From Blastocladiella emersonii ATCC 22665 (taxonomy: Eukaryota > Fungi > Blastocladiomycota): a stretch of DNA of 64,000 nucleotides. The position numbers and the translations under genes were made by a program. Below the pieces are notes generated by a model. The model was not told the origin of the DNA and did not search any database. It saw only the letters and a list, made by a program, of their open reading frames with translations. The DNA is taken from the NCBI GenBank assembly GCA_025594325.1, contig JANHCV010000013.1, positions 1,302,001-1,366,000 on the forward strand, in the 5' to 3' direction. Shown here in pieces: positions 12,046 to 22,655 of the stretch (position 1 is its first letter; each line of letters opens with the position of its first letter).

Positions 12046-13634
12046 CTCGTGGCGGCGGTGCTGTGTCTGCCGCCCCTCGGCCTGCCGTCCCGCTCGCGTC
12101 GGATGGTCTCGCGGCGGTTGCGCTAGACTCTGCGACTCAATGGCACTTGCGCTGCATTTATGCGTCCCGTACCGAGCTTTACGGGTGGCAGGATCCCGCT
12201 CCTGCGAGTGCTGATCGTGACCAAGACGAGGTCTCGGACACGAAACCGTTTGGACCTTATATCGCTTACCTTGCCGCACGCGAGAAAGCCGCCGCTTCTA
12301 CTCGGACGAGCGACAAGGTTCGCTGGCTCCCGAGCCCCGACATTTTTGACACGGTGACGCTCAACCGGATCTGCCGTGGTTACGTGCCCGTCCACTTACG
12401 CCGAGTTCAGTGTACTCGATTGCGACCCATCACTTCCAGCGTCCCTCGTGATTGACACCCTTCCTTGGCTCATTGGCAATCGAGGGGAACATCTCTTTCG
12501 AGGCAATCTTTGTTCAGTGGCCTCCCTCTACGCTGGAGCCTGCAGCGTCGAGTGCACGGTCCAGCTGATGCGCCAGTTTGACGGTTACGAGGATTACATG
12601 GCGGCGCTCGGCTCCGTTCGAGACTGGTCCCGCGATTCCTTACGGACACTTCCTCGCTGGGCTTCTGTGCGATCCGAACACCGCCCCAGGCATTCTCTCA
12701 TCGCTTAATACTTTCTACTCTCACGAACACCCTCATGCGCACTGGCATCTGTACAAGTTGATTCGGCCCGAGGTCCGGCGCGGAATTGGCCGCTGGAAGC
12801 CTAGCGCCGAAGCGTCCATGGACTCGCTCCCTCTTGTTCATTTCACGCAAGCCGACTTGCGTGAGGCTCCGCCGATACGTTTGCTCAAATCGGCGTTCGA
12901 GTCGATGACCGACGACGGAGATTCGCCCAATAAGGGATCGTCCATCCACCCGATCGCTCGCGCTGATGAGACGAGCGCGCCGCTGCTGCCCGCTCACCTC
13001 GCTGATTCGTCGTGAGCGCCTTGGCAGTATGCCCTTCACGCGTTGCTCACGCAAGTCCCGCGCTTCACGCTTACGGCCGACGCGATCCCGGACGAGCTTC
13101 GTTGGATTCTGTTCTCGCGAGGCGCTCTGTCGCGCAGACTTTTTGCGCCGCGGCGAGGCCGCCTGCGGCGTGTTGCCTGGCCCAGGCACCGAGACAGCGT
13201 GGATCATTGAGCAGCTCTACCGCGCTGCGCCCGAGGTCCTGATCAGCGAGCTCGTGCGGGTGAGCGTCACGAGTCCCGCTTTTGTCTGGCGCATGCTCCA
13301 GCGCGGTGCCTTGGACGGGCTTTGCTCACCAAAGTGGCTCCTCGCTGCCGCGTCCGTGATCTTTGACCGATGCCGCGGCAAGGAGGCCGCCGGGCACGAG
13401 GCTTTGGTTAAGCTGTTTGCTGCAGCGGATGAGACCGCTCGTTCGGCCAAATTCCTTGGTTTGTACCGGACCGAATGCGAGCAGCGCGGGATTCTCCTGC
13501 TCCATCCACTTTTAGGTCGTCTCCATCTCTGTGAATACATCGCGCATCATAACCATATTTTCCTTTTCTTCGGCTCATTTCCTTCAGTTTTCGGTGACTC
13601 GCGGCTGTGGGGATTGCGCGAGAAGCGAGAGTAG
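11986..13634 (+). pseudogene. F-box-like N-terminus followed by a broken, low-GC coding tract
   Basis: ATG 11986 gives MKPYEVHATRSARFTDLPAELVAAVL (F-box-like LPxE) and stops at 12126. Staggered protein-like ORFs 12063-12455, 12376-12708, 12578-13015 and 12966-13634 follow on the same strand. Confidence 0.45.
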
Positions 13635-14732
13635 ACTATCGTTAAGCACTTGGCGGTCAATGGCGTCTGACAACGAGCAGGCGACTGCGCTATTGCCAAA
13701 AACATGTCTTTATGCCGATCGCGTAAGGTGGATTGACCAATTTCCCCTCGGCACAGCCTCTCGTCAATCCCACCAGGCAAGCATGTTCCACGCGATCACG
13801 TGTTTTGAGCAACGCGTCCCTCGCCGCCCGCCACCACAGCGCCAGGCGGCGAGCCGCGCTTGATCTCGGTCCGCGACGTCGCGCAGCTGCTCGCCGACCT
13901 CGAGTACACCGCCGACCACGCGTCCGGCATGTCGTTCAATAACAAAGTAACGAGGGTCACGGACACGGATGGACCGGAGGTGAATGTATTCGTCGTCAAA
14001 CACGCTCCTCACACTCGTGGCCGGTACCCGTCGTGCGCCGACTGGAACTTGATTTTCTTGAGCTTCTGCGACCCGAGGCTGGATGGGATGGGATGGTGGG
14101 CCGACTACGACGCGAAGGACGACGGACAGCTTGAATCGAGCGAGGCCGACCGAAGCGGCAGCTTGACGGCGGCGGCGGCAGCGGCGGCGCGGTGCGGTAG
14201 GACGAGCGGAGCGTGTGCTGGTTGCAGTCGAACTTGGCCGCCGAAACCGAGCCAAGAAGTTGTGCTCGCCATGATCTCGTTGACGGCAACGCGCGCTTGA
14301 TCTTGATCTCGCGAGAGATATCGTAGGCGTCAGTTTTTTTTTCTGATCGTGACGAGAGTAAGTAGAGGCGGGGACGCGGTACCTCGAACATGCCACGGAT
14401 CACGGCCGTGGCCGACTTGGTGCTGCGCGACGTGAAGCCGCCGCGGCCCAAACAGGTCGCTGAGCGCGCGCGTCGTCTTGGGCTCGACGAGGATGCATGC
14501 ACGCACGCACGGATGACGGTGCCGATGTCGATGAAGATGATCTACACGCGCGGCGGCAGGCGAGGATCTCGAGGTGAGCACTCGGAGCAGCGAGAGCGAG
14601 TGGGGACCAGTCAAGAGCCGCGGGCATCGATACCGCACCGTACCTGCTGCTGCTTGCGAGGCCTCGCGCTCGCTCAACTTGGGTCGTCAAGTCCCTAGGG
14701 CGCCAGCGCAACATGACGGTACGCGGCTTTCA

Positions 14733-17028
14733 CTCGGCGGGGAGGTCCGTGAAGCGCGCGGAGCGCGTTGCATGTACTTCATAAGGTTTCATTGCGTGGG
14801 TGGTGGTTGTTTTTGGGAGGAAGCAGCGAGACTGGATCGCGCGGCCGGCTTGAATGGCGACCGCGTTAATTACGGTCACGCGACCGGGCTGCCACGTTTC
14901 GGGTGTGGCGCAACGCGTCGTCGGAGCGCCTCTTCTCCGCCAACATCGGGTCTCGCGGAACACTCAACATGATATCAAGGCTCACTTTATAGCTTGTTAG
15001 GGTTTGTTACGCAAGAGACACGAAGTCGAGGCTCAGCGTCTTGCGCGAGACGAGGGAAGGGCGAGGGCGAGGACCTTGACGAGAAAGAGACGTTGCGAGC
15101 AAGTAGTGGAGAATGCACAACTGTATGTAACACGACAAAACAAGGTTTTTCTAGAGAGTATGGAGACACGCCATACGAAAGAAGGCCGGGGGGGGGGGGG
15201 ATCAGGCCTTGAGCTCCGAAGCGGCCGCGCCGGACTTGAACCCGAACACCTCGTCCATCTCCTCGAGCGACTTGCCCTTGGTCTCGGGCACCTGGAAGTG
15301 GACGTAGGCGGCCATCGCGAGGCCGGTGCAACCGAAGATCGCGTACTGGTTGGCGAGCAGAGCCTCGCTGATGTAGGGCCAGACCGCGGAGAGGATGTAG
15401 TTGTTGATCCAGTTGCTCGCGGTCGCGATCCCGACGCCCTTGCCGCGCACACGGGCCGGGAAGATTTCGGAAACGTATGACCAGACCACGGGGCCCCACG
15501 TCGAGGCGACTATTTTTTTGCGGGGAAAAGAAAGGAGGTGGGTGAGTGGCGAGGCGGTTGGAGAGGCGAGCGAGGTGGAGGGAGCGAGCGCGAGAAAATG
15601 TCAGTCGATCGGTGTCAGAGCGGGTCCGCGGTCAATGTAAGTGAACACGTACAGCAGAGGACGTAAAGATACATCCCAACGAGGCCGATGAGCGAGTAGG
15701 CGGTCGCCGAGGCCGGGTACGCGTCGGGCGTCAGGCCCGCGGACGCCGACTGGAACAGGTTGACCGCGATGCAGATGATCCACATGAAGGTCGCCATGCC
15801 GATACCACCCCACTTGAGCAGCTGCGTGCGGCCCGCGCGCTCGATGAGGTACATGCCGGGGAGCGTGCCGAACACATTTACGAGTGCTTGGACAACGACA
15901 TTAACGGTCGTAGCGGTATTGCGCGAGAAACCCATTGCGATGAAGAGCGAAGAGCTGAAGTACATGACCGCATTGATCCCGGTCCACTGCTGGAAGAACT
16001 GGAGCATAACGCCAATGACGAGACGGTTGCGGATGCCCGGGCGCATGAGCTCGCCCCACGACGCGGTGCCGATCTGGCGCTCGGCGTCGATCGACTGCTT
16101 GATGTCGTGGAACTCCTGCTGCACCTCGGCGGCCTTGACGTCAGTCTGGCGCAGCTTGGCGAGCTGGGCGGCAGCCTCGTCGTCGCGGTTCTTGGACAGG
16201 AGCCAGCGGGGCGACTCGGGCAGGAGGAACAGGATGAGGATGAGCAGGAAGCCGGGCGCGGCCTGGATGCCAAGAGCGAGGCGCCACTGCGAGTTGTCGT
16301 CCTTGGCAGCCGACTTGTACACCGTGATGATGATGGCGTTGACGATCGAGGCGAAGGCGATGCCGATGGTGATCATGAGCTGCTGGATGGTCGTGAGGCG
16401 GCCGCGGATGCTGGTCGGGGCGAGCTCGGCAATGTACAGGGGCACGGTCATGGACAGGATACCGACGCCAAGACCACCGACAAAACGACCAGCCATGACA
16501 AAACCGACGCGCGACGAGATCGAGTCGGAGGCGGGGACCAGGGCCTGGATCATGGCGCCGGCCGAGAAGAACATGGCGCCGAGCCAGATCGACTTCTTGC
16601 GGCCGAGAATGTCGGCGGCGAGGGCCATGAACAGCGCGCCGGGGATGCAGCCGAGCAGGAAGAAGGACACGATGTTGGAGGTGCGGGACGTCGACTCGTC
16701 CGTCTTGACCAGCTCGCCGTTGACGAGGTTCGAGAGGCCGTAGAACAGCTGGAACGGGTCCATCTCGAGGACCGAGTTGATGATCCCGATCTCATAGCCG
16801 AACAGGAAGCCGCCAAGGGCCGCCGCAAAACTATACGCGTGTTGAGGGACAGGGCGGCGGCGGCGGGTCAGTCGAGATGTTTCGGCGGCTTCGTGGGTGA
16901 TGGGGGTGTGGGGGAACGTACCTGACAAAGACCGAGTACAGGCCCGCGTTCGTCATGGTCGAGGTCGAGGTGGGAGGGAGTGATGAGGGATCAGGGAGTG
17001 GAGGGGAGGGAGATCAGCAGCGGCGCTC
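14733..17028 (-). repeat. Inverted duplication 1, right arm
   Basis: Reverse complement of 9750-12045 with no difference seen. The match stops abruptly at 14732 and 17029. Confidence 0.97.
15202..16956 (-). CDS. MFS sugar porter, copy B (identical CDS, native promoter absent)
   Basis: Mirror of 9822-11576 with exons 16956-16922, 16830-15653 and 15509-15202. Only 72 nt of upstream sequence are duplicated. Confidence 0.9.
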
Positions 17029-17993
17029 GACGCCGCGCAGACGTTTGCTCTCCGCCCTACTCAGCCGGCCAAGTGCGAGTTCCACATCGTGCCGCTGTCG
17101 GCCATCTCGGCCTTGCTTCACGTCGCGCCGAACGGGAGCCGGCCATCGTCTGCACACCAGCGCGGGTGCAACGAGTACCTCATCAACGTGTACGACGACG
17201 CTGCGAGCCTCACGCCGCTTACGATGCCGCAGATCGCCAACTCGCTTGACCTTGTGGACCGCCGCGATCTCGACGGCGCAAACACGACGCGCTGCAAGCA
17301 CACGAGCCTGACCATGACAATACAATGCAGACTCTACGCGCTACTTAACGGATAGCTCATTCTCATCAGTTGATACGGAGCTGCAAATTAGCTGCAACTC
17401 AATCGGCCCGAGTGAAGACATCATTCGATGCACGTCTCGCGCCGCTCGACCACTTGTCTGACATTCTGCTGGGACAGATCGGCATTTTATCAATTGGCGC
17501 GAGGCATATCTCGATCCACACTCGTTCGATGAGTCGTTCGAGCTTTTTACTTGATCGATCAACCATGTCCATGGGTCAGATGACAAGCAAGTCGATCAAC
17601 AGGTCGAATGACTTGAGCTCACGCCGATCGATAGTTATTCGACGCGTGGATCGATTTTCTCGGCCATCTCGAACGAGAACAAGTCGATCGACATTGGATC
17701 GACTTGGCGGGTCCGGCGCGGTTTGGTGATGCTAGCCGCGGCATCGGTCAAAGATCACGGACGCGGCAGCGAGGAGCCACTTTGGTGAGCGGAGCCCGTC
17801 CGAGGCCGGGTCGGCGTCGGGCGTGAGAGCGGGGAGGGTCCGATGGGGACGCGTCGCTTTCGGGCACGGGCCGGGCATGCGGTGGCAGTGAGTCCCACCG
17901 GTGCGCGGACAGTCGGCCGTGTCTCAGGCCGGTCGGCTTGCCGCGGCCGCTTTCGACCTCCCCTCTCCCGACCCCGCCGCGGACCCGAATGCA

Positions 17994-20900
17994 ATGAACC
18001 CGTTCAACCACACGCCGCGCCCGCCGCCCCATGCAACTGCCGGCAACGGCCCCGCCAACGGGCCGCGCGTCGGTGGCGGCGCGCCCGGCGCCCCTCCGCC
18101 GCCCGCCGCCGGGTCGCTCGCCGCGCTCGCCGGCGTCAACGCCATGAACGCCAACTTTGTGCCCCTCCACGGCCACGGCCCGGTCGCGCAGCACCCGCAC
18201 CTCCCTACGCGCCCGCGGCCGAACATCATCCAGGCCCCGCCGCCCGTGCTGCCCCACCACCACCCGCACATGCACCCGCACCCGATGCCGCCGGCCGGGC
18301 TCCAGCGCACCCACTCGATGCCGTCGCCCTCGATGCAGCACCCGCACCCGCCCGCGATGCAGCGCCCGCCCATGTACCAGCAGCAGCCGCAGCAGACCGG
18401 GCTGCAGCGCACCTTCTCCATGCCGCCCGCCCCGCACTCGATGCAACACTCTCAGCAACAGCAGCAACATCCTCTCGGCCGACCAGGAACGGCCCCTCCG
18501 CCGCACCATGGGCCCGCTGCCCCACCCCCGTCGATGCCGCCGTCGGCCGCGTCGCCGCACTTCCCGCCCAGCCGCTCCGGCCCCGTCGCGCCCGCTGCCT
18601 TCCCGCCACCTGCGCAGCAGCAGCCACCTCCCGCACCACCACCGGCTGCTCCCGCGGCCGCACCCGCGCCAGCCCCGCCCACCGCCGCCTCGCCCGCCGC
18701 GACGCCGAAGCGCGCGCTCCCGTGGGCCGACTCGGGCCCGACCAGCGCCAAACGGCCCGCCGCCTCGCCGTCCGTCGGCCCGCGCAAGGTGTTCCGCCGC
18801 GACGCGCCGCCCGCTGCGCCGGCACCGACGCCCGCCACCGCCAGCCTCAACCTGACCGTCGAGCGGCTGCTGCAGTCGACCACCGCCGCCGCGATCGCCG
18901 CCAAGGCCGACGGCGGCGGCGGTGGCAAGGGCAAAAAGAAGCGCGGCGACGGCAAGGTGCAGACCAAGATCGACTTTTCGGGCGCCAAGCCCAAGGACGA
19001 GCCGTCGTCCGCGACGCCCGCCTCCGCCTCAACCCCCTCCTCCTCCACCGACACCGCCGCCAAGCCGGCCGGCCGCACCTACACCATGATGGGCGTCGAG
19101 GTGCGCTTCCCGTTCGACGCGTACCCGTCGCAGCTCAGCATGATGTCCAAGATCATCGCCGCGCTCCGCGCCGGGTCCAACGCCCTGCTCGAGTCGCCCA
19201 CCGGGTCCGGCAAGTCGCTCGCCCTCCTGTGCGCGACGCTCGCGTGGCGCGACGCCGAGGTCGGCCGCCGCCGCACCGCCTACGAGGCCGAAATGGCTGA
19301 GTACCACGTCAAGGTCAAGGCCTGGAGCGAGCGCATGGCTAAGGTCCGCAAGGAGAACGGCGCGGGCGCCGCCAAGGCTTCGGCGGCCGCCGCGCGCGCT
19401 GCCCGCGGACACGTCAAGGTCGAGCTCGAGAGCGGGTCCGACTGGTCCAGCGACGACGACTTTTTGCCCGAGGCCAAACCCAAGCCGCCGCCGCGGTTCG
19501 CCAAGGACTCCGACACCGCGAAACGCGATATCCGCGCCGCCCTGCACCCCGTCGCGCCCGTGGTCCCTGCGCTCGCGGCGGCGGCTGCCGCCAAGAAGGA
19601 GCCCGGAACCACCGCTGCCGACCCCGCTGCGCCCGCGCCTGCTGCTGCCGAAGACGACGACCCGTACTCGCCGCCCAAGCGCCCCGAGCTCGTCCCCGTC
19701 CCGCGCATCTACTTTGGTTCGCGCACGCACCGGCAGCTCGCGCAGGTCGTGCAGGAGCTGCGCGGCAACGCGACGTACCGCCCGCGCATGGCGGTGCTCG
19801 GGTCGCGCAACCAGTACTGCGTGGACAAGGACGTGCAGCGCGCGGCGAACCGCAACGACGCGTGTGCGGCGGCCGTCGACTCCAAGTCGTGCCGGTACTT
19901 CGAGGGCGCGCGCGCGCTGTCCATGTCGCGGCGGCTGCCGGCGATCTGGGACGTCGAGGACATGCGCGACCTCGGGCTCAAGTCGCGCGGGTGCCCGTAT
20001 TTTGCGTCGCGCACGCTCGCCGAGACGGCCGACCTCATCCTCTGCCCGTACAACTACCTGCTCGACCCGCAGATCCGCGCGTCTATGGGCATCAAGCTCG
20101 ATAACGCTATCGTCGTGCTCGACGAGGCGCATAACGTCGAGGACGTGGCGCGCGAGGCCGCCGGGTCCGAGATCGAGGATATCCAGCTCGCCGCGCTCGC
20201 CAAGGAGCTCGCCGATCTCATCAAGTTCTTTGGCGAGATGGACGAGGGCGACGTCATTGCCCACTACGTCAGCGGTGTGCCCGACTACGCCGTGCTGCTC
20301 CGGCTCGTCGAGGCGCTCCAGGCGTTCCTCGCCGACCACGTCAAGTCGTTCCAGGAGGTGACGTTCGACCACAAGCTCAACGTGTACGCTTTGCCGACTC
20401 TCCGAGCCGACACGGACCAAACTCACACTCGCTTGCTCGCCCGCGCGTAGCGTCAACCCAGACACGTTCGTGCGACACCTCGGGACCAGCGGCGTGACGC
20501 TCGACACGCTCGTCGATGTGCAGGCCGCGCTCGAGACGGTCAGCGCGTGCAAGGCCGACCAGCGCGAGAACTCCATGGTGCAGGTGATCTCGGACCCGGC
20601 GTTCCGCCTGCTCGGCTCGCTGCTCCTGTCGCTTGGCAACCTGTTCGACCCGCGGTTCACGGCCGACTTCCATGTCATCGCCGTCGAGCGTATCGTGCGC
20701 GCCAACACGGGCAAGACCAACGGCCGCAGCACCGGCGCGGGGAGCCGGCGGTCGAACAACAGCACGATTGCCGACTGCACGTTTCCCTGCTTCATCATGT
20801 CCCCCGACTCTGAACTGACCTGCGGTTGATCATGTAGACATGCGCGAGGAGTGGAAGCACAAGATGGCGCTGTGGTGCATGAACCCGGGCGTGACCTTCT

Positions 20901-22037
20901 CGGCGCTCGGCAAGCAGGCGCACTCGGTGCTCCTCACGAGCGGTACGCTGTCGCCCATGGGCACGTTCGCGTCGGAGCTGCAGGCCGACTTCCCGATCCG
21001 GCTCGAGGCCGACCACGTCATCCAGCTCGACCAGACGTGGGTCGGCGCCGTCAACTCGCCCGAGCTGATCGGCACCTACCAGCAGTCCGAGACGCTCGAG
21101 TACCAGGACGCGATCGGGTGGGCCGTTGTCGAGCTCGCACGGCACGTCCCGCACGGCATGCTCGTGTTCGCGCCCAGCTACGCGTTCCTCGACAAGCTCA
21201 TCAACCGGTGGCGCCTCACGGGCGCCTACGACGCGCTCGAGCGCGTGAAAAAGGTCTTCACCGAGCCGCGCGCCGGTAAGGAGGCCGCGTTCGAGGACGC
21301 CATCAACGGGTTCTACGAGGCCGTCGAGGAGAGCTCGCAGCGCGAGCGCGATGTCGGGCACTGGCTCGGCGGCGGGTACGCTACTCTCATGTTGCTGTGG
21401 GAACCGTGTGCGGGAGGCGGACTGACTCGACTCGCTCCGTTTGTGTAGCGCGCTCATGTTTGGCGTGTACCGCGGCAAGGTGTCCGAGGGCATCGACTTT
21501 TCCAACAACCGCGCGCGCGCCGTCGTGTGCATCGGGATCCCGTACCCGAGCGTGTACGTTCTCTCGCGTTGTCCTTCGCCCCGACGCTCGCACTCACTGC
21601 GTTCTTCACCGCGTAGCATGGACAAGAAGGTGCAGCTCAAGAAGGCGTACAACGACCGGCACCGGTACGCGCGCAGGCTCCTGTCGGGCAGCGAGTGGTA
21701 CGACATCCAGGCGTACCGCGCCATCAACCAGGCGCTCGGCCGGTGCATCCGCCACCGCAACGACTGGGGCGCGCTCGTCCTGCTCGACCGCCGCTTCGCC
21801 ACCCCCAAGGCGCAGCAGGGCCTGTCCAAGTGGGTCCGCCCGCGCATCACCGTGTGGAACCACCTCGGTGCCGCGCTCGAGAACGTCGTCGGGTTCCTCG
21901 AGTACCGTGGCGTCAAGTACGCCCCGCCGCAGCCGCCGCCAGGGTCCGAGGCGAGGATCGAGGAGGTGCAGGAGGGTGACGCGGACGCGAGCGATGGCGG
22001 CAGCGACGAGGGCGGGTTCATGCCTGCACAACCCTGA
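17994..22037 (+). CDS. BRIP1: FANCJ/BRIP1-like Fe-S DEAH helicase (XPD/Chl1/RTEL1 family) with a Pro/Gln-rich N-terminus
   Basis: Motifs LESPTGSGKS, SRTHRQLAQV, LGSRNQYC, CPYF, CPYNYLLDP, DEAHNVED, SGTLSP, GKVSEGIDF and QALGRCIRHRNDWG. Introns 20384-20450, 20777-20837 (GC-AG), 21376-21448 and 21554-21616. BRIP1 versus RTEL1 orthology is not resolved without a tree. Confidence 0.88.
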
Positions 22038-22655
22038 GATTGTAAGCTAGCAATATACACCGTAGGCTACATCCGAAACGATTGATGCAGGGGCCGGCAG
22101 CGCGGAGGCATCTCGCGAGCTGAAGGCGGGCGACAGGGCAGGCGACTTGGCCGACAGTCCAGGCGAGGGCGGCGCTGAGACACGACGCGCCGGCGCCGAC
22201 CTGAGCTGCTGAACGACGGGCCACGCTCCGACTTGGACTCGCCGCTCGTGCGGGGTCAACCTACGTCCTTCCTGCCCGTTTCATCTCGGTGATAGAGGAG
22301 GCGGGGCGTGACTCGCGGTGCTTGGTGACGTAGTCCATCAAAACCAACGGATCACCGCCGCGGAGCCCATGGCGGCAGATGGGGATGACCGTGAGGTCGG
22401 TAGCGCGGCGGTGGCGCACCCATTCGGCGTTGACAAGGACGGACAGGATACACAGGCTCTTCGGACCTCCAGGACTGCCGCATGTAGAAGTCGATCGCGC
22501 GCGACGCCGGCGTGGCTCGTGAGCAGGGATCGAGCTCACGCACCCTCGCACGCGCGGGCGGCGAATGCAACGACGCGAGAACGTTCGAGAGGCCCAGCGT
22601 CGGGTTCGGTGAAGGCCTAGTACATAAACTGCGCGGCCGCGAAAGCACGCTCGCT

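Noticed and set aside
12120-14730. Islands as pure sequencing noise
   Set aside because: Other islands hold intact ORFs of 400-460 codons, and diverged repeat copies differ mainly by transitions. The frameshifts in this particular tract still need read-level checking.
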